From positions 9,586,035 through 9,650,034 of the forward strand of contig NC_081369.1 of NCBI RefSeq assembly GCF_030684315.1: 64,000 bases of DNA, in the 5' to 3' direction. Shown here in pieces: positions 1-12,735 of the stretch. Position 1 is the first letter of the stretch. Every line of letters starts with the position of its first letter. Below the pieces are notes generated by a model. That model was not told the origin of the DNA and made no database searches. It saw only the letters and a program-made list of their open reading frames with translations. The stretch comes from Stegostoma tigrinum. Lineage: Eukaryota. A program made the position numbers and the translations under genes.

Positions 1-904
1 CACATCGTGGAAAATGTACTGCCTAGGTACGAATAATCAACAGTTCCTGCTTCATACAAACAGTATTTAATACCAAAAAGGGATCAACCATTTCAATTGA
101 AGAATCACTCTTCCTTAATCGTAACTGAGAAGCATATAAAATGAGAAGAGTAGTAGGCTATTTGACCCATGAATAGAGACAATTTATTTAATTCATCAGC
201 TTGTATTTATAAACTACACATTCTTTTTGGGTAAGATTTCCAAATGCTTGGAAATGATGCAACCACATTATGGAGAATTGTTAATGATTGAGAGCAACAT
301 TTATGTAATTGGGAAGATAATTGACAAAGGAGAGGTAATACTGAAAATATTGTACATTCAGTGAAAGTACTTAAAGGAGCAATACTTTGGATTAAATATA
401 AGTTTCGCAGAATGTTCAGAACAATGACTCGGAACTTCACATGAGAATAACATCTTCAACTGTCCAGAGAACAAGAGTGAATTATTGATAAACCAAGTGG
501 ATGAAGAGCCAAATCAACATTTCCAGATAAGGACAGAGATTTCTGAAGCTTTGTGATGATCTGTTAAGAGCACTGCACAATGGGGATCATCATTTCACAA
601 AAGACAAAGGCACTTGCACTGAACTGGGTGAATCCAAGTGTTATAGAAATGTTGGAAGATGTAAGAGTCTATAGATTGGGAGAGAAGGGAAAAAGAAATG
701 TGATACAGTTAAGACACATTCAGCATTGATTCAGAACAATGGGCCCTTTGTTTAAATTAACAAAACTAATTTTTAAATTGAAAATTAGCCAAACACTCAC
801 TTATAAATATTTAGAGAACTTGCCATGGTTAAATGTGGATGAATGAAATTCTACATCAACAGGAATCATGAAAGAGTGAGATAACTTTTCTTGCTCTTGA
901 CTAT

Positions 905-3037
905 TTTAAAGATTTAGGGAGCATAGGATGGGGAAGGAAACTGCAGGGGATGGGCACATTAGAAATGTGGAGCTTATTCAAGGAAAAGCTCCTGTGTGTC
1001 CTAGATAAGTATGTACCTGTCAGGCAGGGAAGAAGCTGTAGAGTGCGGGAGCCGTGGTTTACGAAGGAGGTGGAATCTCTCTTCAAGAGGAAGAAGAAGA
1101 CTTATGTTAGGATGAGATGTGAAGGCTCAGTTAGGGCACTTGAGGGCTACGAGGTAGCCAGGAAAGACACAAAGAGAGAGCTCAGAAGAGCCAGGAGGAG
1201 ACATGAAAAGTTGTTGGCGGATAGAATCAGGGTAAACCCTGAGGCTTTCTATAGGTATTTAAGGAGTAAAAGAATGACGAAAGTAAGATTAGGCCCAATC
1301 AAGGATAGTAGTGGTAAGTTGTGTGTGGAGTCAGATGAGATAGGGGAAGCGCTAAATGAATATTTTTCAACAGTATTCACTCTAGAAAATGAAAATGTTG
1401 TCGAGGAGTATATTGAGATACAGGCTACTAGACTAGGTGGGATTGAGGTTCACAAGGAAGAGGTATTAGAAATCCTACAGAGAGTGAAGATAGATAAGTC
1501 CCCTGGGCCGGATGGGATTTATCCTCGGATCCTCTGGGAAGCCAGGGAGGAGATTGCTGAGCCTTTGGCATTGATCTTTAACTCGTCATTGCCTACAGGA
1601 ATAGTGTCAGATGACTGGAGGATAGCAAATGTGGTTCCCCTGTTCAAGAAAGGGAGTAGAGACCACCCTGGTAATTATAGACCAGTGAGCCTTATCTCAG
1701 TTGTTGTAAAGTGTTGGAAAAGGTTATAAGGGATAGGATTTATAATCATCTAGAAAAGAATAAATTGATTAGGTATAGTCAGCACGGTTTTGCGAAGGGA
1801 AGGTCGTGCCTCACAAACCTTATTGAGTTCTTTGAGAAGGTGACCAAACAGGCAGATGAGAGTAAACCGGTTGATGTGGTGTATATGGATTTGGGCAAGG
1901 CGTTCGATAAGGTTCCCCACAATAGGCTATTGTACAAAATGCGGAGGAATGGATTTGTGGGTGATATAGCAGTTTGGATCGGAAATTGGGTTGCTGAAAG
2001 AAGACAGTGGGTGGTCGTTGATGGGAAATGTTCATCCTGGAGAGCAGTTACTAGTGGTGTACCGCAAGGGTCAGTGTTGGGTCCACTGCTGTTTGTCATT
2101 TTTATAAATGACCTGGATGAGGGCGTAGAAGGATGGGTTAGTAAATTTGCAGATGACGCTAAGGTCGGTGGAGTTGTGGATAGTGACGAAGGATGCTATA
2201 GGTTGCAGAGAGACATGGATAAGCTGCAGAGCTGGGCTGAGAGGTGGCAAATGGAGTTTAATGCAGACAAATGTGAGGTGATGCACTTTGGTAGGAGTAA
2301 CCGGAAGGCAAATTACAGGGCTAATGGTAAGATTCTTAGTAGTGTAGATGAGCAGAGAGATCTCGGATGTCCATGTACACATATCCTTGAAAGTTGCCAC
2401 CCAGGTTGACAGGGCTGTTAAGAAGGCATACAGTGTTTTAGCTTTTATTAATAGAGGGATCGAGTTCCGGAACCAAGAGGTTATGGTGAAGCTGTGCAAA
2501 ACTCTGGTGCGGCCGCACTTGGAGTATTGTACACAGTTCTGGTCACTGCATTATAAGAAGGATGTGGAAGCTTTGGAAAGGGTGCAGAGGAGATTTACTA
2601 AGATGTTGCCTGGTATGGAGGGAAGGTCTTACGAGGAAAGGCTGAGGGACTTGAGGCTGTTTTCATTAGAGAGAAGAAGGTTGAGAGGTGACTTAGTTGA
2701 AACATATAAAATAATCAGAGGGTTAGATAGGGTGGATAGGGAGAGCCTTTTTCCTGGGATGGTTACGGCGAACACAAGGGGGCATAGCTTTAAATTGAGG
2801 GGTGAAAGGTATAGGACAGATGTCAGAGGTAGTTTCTTTACTCAGAGATTAGTAAGGAAATGGAATGCTTTGCCTGCAACGGTAGTAGATTCGCTAACTT
2901 TAGGTACATTTAAGGCGTCATTGGATAAGCATATGGACGTATATGGAATAGTGTAGGTTAGATGGGCTTGAGATTGGTATGAAAGGTCGGCACAACATCG
3001 AGGGCCGAAGGGCCTGTACTGTGCTGTAATGTTCTAT
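905..3037 (+). mobile_element. 5'-truncated CR1-clade (HER1-like) LINE, ORF2 reverse transcriptase with frameshifts
   Basis: ORFs 950-1729, 1711-2409 and 2348-2956 carry KSPGPDGI, NYRPVSL, QHGF..GRSCLTNL, KAFDKVPH, GVPQGSVLGP, KFADD and the CR1 C-terminus (RPHLEYC, LERRRLRGDL), split by two frameshifts. 3' tail GGGCCTGTACTGTGCTGTAATGTTCTAT. Confidence 0.95.
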
Positions 3038-4139
3038 TTTGCAATATGTTGACACTAATTCGGTCCATATTAAACCATTCATTTTAATGATATGATTTGA
3101 ACCATATGCTCACTTTGTAAAGAAATTGAAACCTCTCCGGAGAAAAAGATGCATAAATTTACAGTCAATGGTTTTTCAGTTTGTTTGAGCTTTGTTCGTT
3201 CATGAGTATTATATCATTTCACATTCAAGCATTCTTTGTGGGCTGAAGGGCCTGTTCTGTGCTGTACTGTTCTATGTTCTCTATATTCTATATCATGCCT
3301 GGAGAACTCAGCTATAAGGATCTGATGTATCATGATGTGTATGCATTATTTTGTAAGATTTGCATTGCAATAAATCTTGGACACACTGACTGTATTTGCT
3401 AGCCATTCGCACAATTACTTAATTCGATACAGAATCTAAAATCACACTGGGTTTTGATGTCATTTTCTCGGAGAAGCCATGCTTTCATCTGACTTCAGTC
3501 AAGTTTTCCTCAAACTGAATCCAGCAGCTTTTAATCATTTAAAAAAAGGACAATGGTCTGCAACAGCTGATGGCCCATTGTTTTCAATATCCAGTGGTAA
3601 ACTCCCAATGTCTAAAAAATCATGAGTGCTCCAGACGTTGTTAAACTTTCCTGTTCAGTATAACTCAGGAAGCCCGACTGGAAAGGATCATTGTATTTTG
3701 TTGAATATTAAAGACGAGCCGATGCTTGGGATATGCAGAGACTACTGCCAAGCCAGAACAGACAATTCTGCAGATGCATTCTGAATCTGCTTCTTTTTTT
3801 TCCTAAAAGAAAGATTAACCTGCTTTTGTAAGCAACATGTTCAGAGATGTTTGTATGCAGCTCGGGAGTAGGTGGGACAAAAAGTTGTGTCTTCTGGTCC
3901 AGCAATAGGGACATTACCACTGTTCCACCAGAGGGTTCTTCCGTGTCTTTTAAAAAATCTAAATGTCATGCAACAACCATACACCATGAGACAAAAGTAA
4001 AACACTGATGCCGAAAATCTGAATTAAGCACAAAGAATGTTGGAGAAGCTCAGTGGCTCTGTTGATTTTTCAGTCCATGTGATATATCCCCATTGCTGTG
4101 AGGGAGGTTGTTTTAGCATTCCAGATAACATTTGAATTC

Positions 4140-5130
4140 ATACCTAACAAAGGGTTAATCAAAATGTAAGACCCGTGATGTTGCAGATAGTATATTGGTA
4201 TGGATGGAAAATTGGCTCAAGGGTTGCCAACAGTGATTGGGGAGCAGGTGTTCTATTTCAGGATGTCAACTTGTAATCAGTGGGGCTCTACAAGGATCAG
4301 TGCTAGGACCAAGACTGTTTACAATACATGTTAATAACTTAGAAGAATGAATTGAATACATTGCAACCACATTTTCAGACAACAGAAAAATGGGTAGAAC
4401 AGGAGATGATATTGGAATCATCTAGGCCTGAAACATCAGCTTTTCTGCTCCTCTGGTGCTGCTTGGCCTGCTGTGTTCATTCAGCTCTACACCTCATTAT
4501 CTCAAGATCATCAGGTAAATAAGTGGGAAAATTCTTGCAAGTAGAGTGTGAAATCAGAAAATGTGAAGCTTTTCATTTTAAAAGGGAGAACAAAAGAACA
4601 GATAATTCCTCAAGGTGGAACAAAAGGCTCCAAGATGCAGGGATTGGAGGTTACCTGTGCAAAAAACACAGAAAGCAAGTACACAGGTGCAGCAGGTAAT
4701 TTGGAAAGTTAATGGAACATTGACCCTTATTCCAAGGGAGTTTGAATATGAGCGTTAGGAAATCTGAATGCAACTGTCCAAGGTGATGATGAGACAATAT
4801 CTGAAGTGTTATGAGCGGTGTTGTCTATATATAAAAGGAAAAATATAGTTTCATTGAGGCTAGTTCCGTGAAGGTCCTCTAGGAATATCCCTGTTATAGA
4901 GATAATGTCTTATGAGCAACCACTAATACAGATTAGGAGTCTATTCACTGCAGTTTGGAAGAATAAGAGATCATCTCATTGAAACACCTAGGACTCTTAA
5001 AGGGCTCGACAGGATCGATTCAGAGATGTTTCTCCTCCTGCGAGAGTCTACATGCAGAGTACTTAGTCTCAGAATAAAGGGGAACAAATTTTAGGGTCAG
5101 ATAGGAGGAATTTCTTCTCTCAGAATGTTG
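4140..5130 (+). mobile_element. Degenerate CR1 LINE RT fragment with a nested Penelope-type end fragment (about 4420-4505)
   Basis: Decayed GVPQGSVLGP-like DNA (acaaggatcagtgctaggacc) and CR1 3' ORF-like DNA; no long ORF. Confidence 0.7.
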
Positions 5131-7796
5131 ACAGAGCTCCTTTGCTCATCATTTGTTAAAAAATAGTAAACTGAGTCCAGTCCATGTGACAAGAAATTTA
5201 AAGACTATTAGTAATTACTTCTGGTCATATTGGACATGTGCCAACTGTTCCTTCTAAGTCTCTGGGTCAAACTCCTGGGTCAACTTACAAAATGGAGGAC
5301 TGCAGCTTTTCAAGAAGTCAGCTCACCACTGCCTTTTCAAGGGGACCTGGGGACAAGCAAGAAATACTGACCAGCCAGCAGTGCCCATATAATAAAAATG
5401 AGAAACAAAGTTTGCCATCCCAGATTTTTATTTTATATCAAATTCAAATTTCACCATCAGTCATGACAGAATTCAAATCCGGGTCCATGGCTCATTATTT
5501 GATTTTATGGGTTAATAGTCTAGTGATAATACTACAAAACCAATATCTCCCCAGTGGGTTGCCTGTTCCACCTATCTCCATCCTGCCTCGTCATGTTCTT
5601 GTTATTGTAAACTGAGACCAAAGGGCTAAATAACATCAATTTTCACAGTGGGCTCCTTGGCTAATTTCATGATCTTGCATATGCACTAATCAATTTTAAA
5701 CATAAGGCCTCCAATCTACAATAAAGTGATGCTGTGCCCATTTTGTCCAAGTAGTTTTCCAATGATACTTGTGATAACCTACTGTTGTTTCTTTGTGAGG
5801 AGGCGTTTGTCGGTTATAGATGGCGAAGGATCTTGTCTGAAAACATTGGGCTAGGATTCACTTACAATGCATAGCAATCATCCTACAGTCCTCCGTCATA
5901 GTTGCGTTTGGTGTTGGTGTTAGTGGTGGATCAATCTGTTTCCCAGAGCCCACCTTAAGCAATTCTGTGCTTTCTTCTCATTCTTGCAGACCCTTGTTTT
6001 GACTCTTGTGCCCTTACTTTCTGCTTCATTTCCTGCCCATCAACCAATAATCTGCTCAATTTGTGGCCTAATTCCTTGCAGTTTCGACACTTCAGGTGAT
6101 GTTTCTCCTTCTTGTCTTATTCCATAATATTGGATATGCAGTCATAGAGTCATATGACAAAAGAGGCCCCTTGGCTGATCGATCTATTTACACTATTGCC
6201 GCTTCAGAGCATTTGGTCCATAGTCTTAAATGTTATGATTTCAAACAGTTATTGAAATACTTTTTAAATGTTGTTTTACCAACTCAAAAGGTTTACCAAC
6301 TCAACTACCCTCCTGGACAGTGGAATCCACAATCCTATCATCCTCTGGTTGAAATTAGTTTCTCCTCAAATGCCACTAAATCCCCCCTTCCTTTTCATTT
6401 AAAATTATTGCCTCTCCTAACAGAATCTTTCACGAAGAGGAATGCCTGTTTCCTATGCACCCTGTTAATGCCTCTCATAATCTTATACACCTCTGTCAGC
6501 AATTACCACTATCACCACCACCAGCCCGGATACTGCTGCTCTAACTTAAACAAGACGAGCCTGTTGCAGGGAGAAATAGCGAAGAGTATTCTTGAGATCT
6601 GTGTTCCATAATACAAGCAATTTTTATCTTGTGCGCTTTTGCTACATATGTGGAAGAGGCCAGCGACGAATTTGAAGCTGACTTTCACATGGTACCCAGA
6701 TGCCTTCTTAATACAGCCTAGATTGGAAGAGATGTCAATGATGGCCTAGGTTCCAAAACTGAATAGAACAATATTATACGTTTTGTGTTACAATAATCAC
6801 ACACGAAATTGATGTCATTGTTAGCCACATCTTCATAATATGAGCATCCAATCTAGTAAACATATGATGAATGATGGATAATTGTATGGAGTCCCACATT
6901 CATTACCAATAACCTAAATATTTGTTTATCATTAAGAACTTTTCCAAATTTTGTATGAACTTCAGTGTGGCAGACTAGGAACGCCATTAATTTCTAGCAT
7001 ATATAACAAAATGTTTGAAATCAATAGTAGTATAAATTTTCTACAATTTTGTGGCACAGATGACAAATTGAGAACAACTTTTCTCTGATTTGAGACGGGG
7101 GGGGGGGTCAAGCAAACAGTCCTTCTGACTTGCAGCTGAAGTTTATAACTCCTGCTGTTTGTGTGCTGTAAGTGACTTTTTAAAAAAGTTTCATTTTAAG
7201 ATACATCTTTACTTTTTCTACACTTCCCATTACTAATTATCTTTTCTTAATAGAAAGCATGCATATGAATTCCACTGATGAGGGTGAAATTCAATCACTA
7301 TACAGCTTTAAAAAGCTATTGTATGAAACTTGTTTAGATTGCACAAATAACTAGGGCAGATAACCATATGTTGCTCTGTATTTTGCAATTAAGTCTCACA
7401 TGTTTGTTTCTCCTCTGTCGTCACCTCTCTTCTTACAACATTTCTCTGCCCTCCTTCTATGTCAATGGTCACTTGGAGATCATGTTTACACCATTTATTA
7501 CTTTTCTCTAATAATGTTATAGGCCTCTTTAGTGCCTACAAACTTGATTACACTAATTTGTTGTTGCATTTCTAATTCTAAAATTACCTTAAAAGCTCAG
7601 AATACTTCAGCATCAACATTTTCCTTTCATTGTTTACAAAATCATAAGTTCAGGACTGTGGTTTAACTGGGTCTTTCAAAAATGCCCCTTACTAAAATGA
7701 TTATGTGTTTAGAACTGGTATAGTGATAGTAGGAACTGCTAATGCTGGAGAATCTGAGACAACATGGTGTGAAGCTGGATGAACACAGCAGGCCAA

Positions 7797-8309
7797 GCTG
7801 TCCAGTTTTGGTCGCCTCATTGCAGGAAAGATGTGGAAGAGGTGTAGAGGAGATTTACCAGGATGTTGCCTGGAATGGAGGGAAGATCTTAAGAGGAAAG
7901 GTTGAGAGAGCTAGGGCTGTTCTCTTTAGAATGGCAAAGGATGAGAGGGGGCTTCATAGAGGTGTACAAAATGATCAAAGGTGTAGATAGTATGGACAGC
8001 CAGAGGCTTTTTCCTAAGATGGAGGTAGCTATTATGAGGGGCATTGTTTTAAAGTGAGCGGAGGTAGATATAGGGGAGATGTCAAAAGTAGGTTCTTTAT
8101 TCAGAGAGTGGTAGGGCTGTGGAATGCATTGCCGGAGAGGGTAGTGGAGTTGGCCTCATTAGGGCATTTAAGCAGCTATTAGACAGGCATATGGATGATA
8201 GTATATGGTAGAGGTGGAGGTTAGCTAGACCTTAGGTTTAGGATAAAACTTCGGCACAACATTGTGGGCTGAAGGGCCGGTACTGTGCTGTACTGTTCTA
8301 TGTTCTATG
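7797..8309 (+). mobile_element. CR1 LINE 3' fragment
   Basis: Homologous to the 3' end of the LINE at 905-3037; ends in GTACTGTGCTGTACTGTTCTATGTTCTATG. Confidence 0.9.
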
Positions 8310-11300
8310 GACCACACTGGTGCTGTAAACTGAACTCCTCATTCAAAACATTGTTTTTCTTTCAGATTTCCACCACCATAGTTCTTTGAGTTATTTTTGT
8401 GTTTACGCACCTTCAAAATGTTTATAAGGAATCATCACCTCTCTCCTGGTTGGTAGTACAAATGAAATTTCATTTGGTAGTGACTGTTCTCCTTGACAAT
8501 CATATCGGCTTCAGCTTTCTTTTGTATTGTGCCAAATACAACAAACCAATGACTGCTGGTTCTATGAGCCTCCTTTGCATTTACTCTGAAATTGTCTTTT
8601 GTTTTATTTTTAATCTCCGAGACATTGACCAGTTCTGCAGCAACTGTGTTTAGCCTGGCTGCGATTGGGGGCGTATCTCTTCCTAAAGTGTCTGGGAATC
8701 TTTACCCCAACTCTCACATACATGTCATGGAGATTATACATGTATTAATCTTCCATTACCTCAAGTTTATTCCAGAAATCCATATTTAATTTTTAAGAGT
8801 TGAATTGGCGAGCATTCCCATCGCCATCTGTTCCTCAACCAGTGTGAAGGGGGTGGATTCCACCGTTGACTGGCATTAATTACCCCGTTTATATGTCATT
8901 CCTTCTTGTAACATGAGGTGCACATCTGTTAGTGTGTTTGCTTCAGAGAGGCTATAGGAACTACCACATCATTGTTTGATGCTTGCTCCAAATCATCACA
9001 ACATATGTTGTACTCTGTTGTTTATTTTTCTAAAACTTCTACGGCTCAAGTCTTTTTTTTATCAGCAGGCAACAGCAAGATGAGTCACTGTCTTGTAGTC
9101 TTTATAGCACTCATTACATTTTGTCTCATCTCAATTTGATTTTGTCATTTGTTTGATGGATTTTAAGCAGATAGTAATACTTAAAATATTCATATCACGC
9201 ACTTCTGTCCCCTTTTGTCATTTTGAGTTTCTCAATATTCATTCAATTGAACTGGAGATCTTCTGGGCTTTGTTCTCCCTTTTTCAACTGATTTATTTGT
9301 GTTTTGTTAATGTTGATCTATTATAGATCTGTTTCATGACTCCTAAAGTGATCATACACTATCAATGGTGCTGAACAAAGTTATTTGTCATTGGCTTGTG
9401 CTCATTAACCTTTGGCCACTGTCTCTCCATATGTTTCAATTTCACCCATTTTGCGGGAAGATTTTGCCCAATTTTGAAAACTACTGGCTGCCAACTGCAC
9501 AGATTCTGCATTCTCAGTTCCAGCCAACTCACAGGTTAATGGCTTTTGCAATCTGGGTCACATAATTCCTGATTTACACCTTAACTACATGTGGTAAAAT
9601 AACCTGGCTGGTGTCTCCTGCAGTTAGTCTATCAGTTGCCTCAGGGACCTTGCTCATAGTGACAATTGTTGGGAATCTCAAGATACTCTGCAGGAGTCAC
9701 TTTTAAATACAAGCAAGAAGCATTTTATTATTTGTGGAATGTATACATTACAGGAACTCTCAAATTTCTCTGAGAGGCATCTCAAGAACTTAACTCATTT
9801 CTAGTGCTTTTTGACCACGCCATGTAAGATTACCCAATGGACCATGATAAACTATATTACCTCGTTCTGACCAGTGCTTAATGTAATCCTAAACCAGTCA
9901 CACAGGTAGCATACTGCAGAAGAGAACACAATTGCATGATTTGAGTGATCGTAGGTGTTCAGCATCATTTACCATGACTTTCCAGTGACTAACCCAGGTT
10001 TGTGATTCAATCTCTAGGTGACAGCAGTGATTTGACAATAGATGCATTAGCCAGATGAGAGGAGTGGATTGATGCGCCACAGACTCTAGAAGTTGGTTGT
10101 AACATCCCTGAGCATTTTAATGAAAATAATAATAATAACAGATAGCTGCCCCTAGTGATCTTGACATGTAACAAGGAAGAGGAAGGTGCAGTGATTATGT
10201 CATTAAACTGAAATTTTTGAGGCTCTGTTGGTGTGGTTCAAATCTAACCAGAGCAGTTGGTAGAGTTTGAAATAACTAAAAATAAACAGGACTAACGTGG
10301 TTCCCTGGATTTAAGTCATCCTTGTTCAACAGGCTTGTAATGGCCTTTCTAAAAATTGGTTAGGAAGTATTTAAGATTTCACCTCAGTGACTGACGATAA
10401 TGGACAACAAACAAAAGTCTTTGCTGAGAGGCAGTTTCCTAAGGAGATCTGAATCCTTGAACTACCAATGAATCTACCCAAGCTGATTGGCAAGAACTAT
10501 ATGACAATTGAAAGAAAAACTTCTTTGTTAACAGTTTGCCAGGCACCTGGAAACAGACTTTAAAGGAAGGTTTCGGTGATACATGATAACAGCAATTCGG
10601 GACTGGGGTCTGAGGGTGAATGTTCATCATTGGACGAGAATTGTTTCCAATTTAGGTTCAACCAATCATTTCCATTTCCTCCCTTGGCATATTGTTTCCT
10701 GAACTTCAGGTGAGCTACAATGGAAGGTGATGTGGTGAACTCAGCCACTCAGGTTCAAAATGTAATCCTGAGGTGTGGCTGTACAGCCAAACTAGCGTGT
10801 CCACATCTTCAATTCCAGGAAATAAAAGTCAGTATGAAATCTCTTGGGCTGCCATATGAGGCAGACCAGACTTGGCTTTGACCACCCAGTTGGGGCGAGA
10901 TATGTCTGTTTACAGTTTTAAGTCCGACACTGGAAATAAATTGTACCTTGGGCTAAATGGGTTAAAAATGCAGAAGTTAATGCTTGAGTTTTCATGGATA
11001 CATGCTATACCAAGCTTGCTGGATTTTTAGAACAATTTAGGGCTAATACCCTGTTAGGTTGTGGGTCATCAAAATAAAGCTGGGAGAGGAAAAGTGCTCA
11101 TCTCGGGGGGAGTAGTTCTCCTGATAATAACAGATATCAGGTTCGATTCAGTATCACTTCATTAATCTCAGTCTTGAAATACAACTCAGTGATTCAAGGA
11201 GATGCTGAGGGATTGGATTTTGATTTGAAAGTATGAAGAAAATAATGAAGAATCAAAAGCCAGGTTTAACTTACTTTTTCGGAAAGAAGCGTTTGAGGAA

Positions 11301-12269
11301 CAGAGCACTGAGATGTAGTTGTGGGCCATTAATTGATTTTACAAGAAATGTACGTGCATTTGAGAAAATACCAACTTTTTGAGATGTCTGTTGAAGCTTT
11401 CTGAAGTGTTTCCTTTATTTCAATCCCTGCATTCATGTTACATTAGTCGCATTAGTTATCCCACAACAGCCAGTGCCTTGAAAGCTTCCACTGTTTTTGC
11501 CCTGGTAACATTGCATCCATCTCATCTACTCTTGATTCCTAATCAATGTGACATAGATGGCCTTTTCAGTGCCTCCTTGTTATCTATTTTATTTAACTAA
11601 AATGCACGAAATACCAACCATTTCATTATGAGTAGAGCAGTGCTCTCTTGGTGATAATATTTGCAAAGTACCAATAAGCCGTGCTAACTTCTTCAATTGT
11701 TCAATCCACTGTTTGGATCGTAATTCATCAGAATCAATCATCCACCAGCCCTTTAGTCATTGTATTTCAACAGTATCTTTTTGGACTGCCTTTTCACCTT
11801 TCAGTCTCTCTTTTGGTTTCTTTAATCTGTTTTGTTAATTTAACGTAATCTAACATATTTGGGCCTGATTCTTCATTCTGTTAACCACTTGGCTTCTGTC
11901 ACATGTTGCTCCATCTGGCTGCTGACAAAGACTCTGGGCCAAGAATTAATAGTGGCATCTAATTGCTTAGTATTCTGAACTTGTCTGCATCATTTGACAT
12001 GCTCAACAAAACAGTCATCCATCAATTGTCCTGTGTCACACTCAAAGTGGTTGCACAAATGTGACTTATCAGCAAACAATTCCTTAGCATTTAAAATTTA
12101 ACACTGGCCCACTCCCTTAATGGCTGCTCTATTGTACACTTTTACCTTGCTAGTCATCTTCCTCACACAGCCCCATTTTTGGTTCGAGGAGAAGGGAGGG
12201 TGGGAAGCACCAATGTACTGTTTCAGTTTTAAACACATCTTGATATCAGGTTCTCTCAGACATGCAGTA

Positions 12270-12560
12270 CAGTCATGATGACTGTGGCAATGTCTGCCAG
12301 AATTCTACTGTGATGACTCTCAGCTACCCTCTGATTCACTGTGCTTCTTTGCTGGGTCATGCGGTTTGTCCTGTGGAGGTCTCCTGTGTGGTCATGATGA
12401 CTGTGCTGATGTGTCCCCGAATTCCACCATGATGACTCTCAGCTGCTCTCTGATTTGCTGCCCTTCTTCTTCATCTGGCAGAGGGTGTCCTGCAGATGTC
12501 TACTAAGCAGTCATGATGACTGTGGGGGTGTCTCCCTGACTTCCAATGTGATGACTGTTT
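12270..12560 (+). repeat. Degenerate tandem repeat, period 119 bp, about 2.4 copies, with box C/D-like motifs
   Basis: GTCATGATGACTGTG recurs at 12272, 12391 and 12510; a second RTGATGA recurs at 12310, 12429 and 12548. Confidence 0.85.
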
Positions 12561-12564
12561 GTCA

Positions 12565-12735
12565 CGCCTCCACAGCCTGCTGTGGCAATGATTCCATACA
12601 TTCTCCTTTCTCTGGATGAAGAAGTCGTGCCTTAATTCCTTTCTAAAGGACTTTTCTCTAAGGCTGTGTCCTCGGGTCCTAGTCTCTCTTGCCTTCCGGA
12701 GCATCTTCTCATTGTCCAGACTGTCCACGCATAAC
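12565..12735 (-). mobile_element. CR1 3' fragment that truncates the third copy of the 119-bp repeat
   Basis: Minus-strand translation ETRTRGHSLREKSFRKELRHDFFIQRKENVWN matches the CR1 ORF2 C-terminus. Confidence 0.8.

Noticed and set aside
6096-6611. 171-aa ORF with a hydrophobic start
   Set aside because: Lies over an antisense degenerate CR1 3' end and has no recognisable domain
12270-12560. 119-bp array as a CRISPR array or coding repeat
   Set aside because: Eukaryotic context with no cas genes; spacers are related to each other; period is not a multiple of 3
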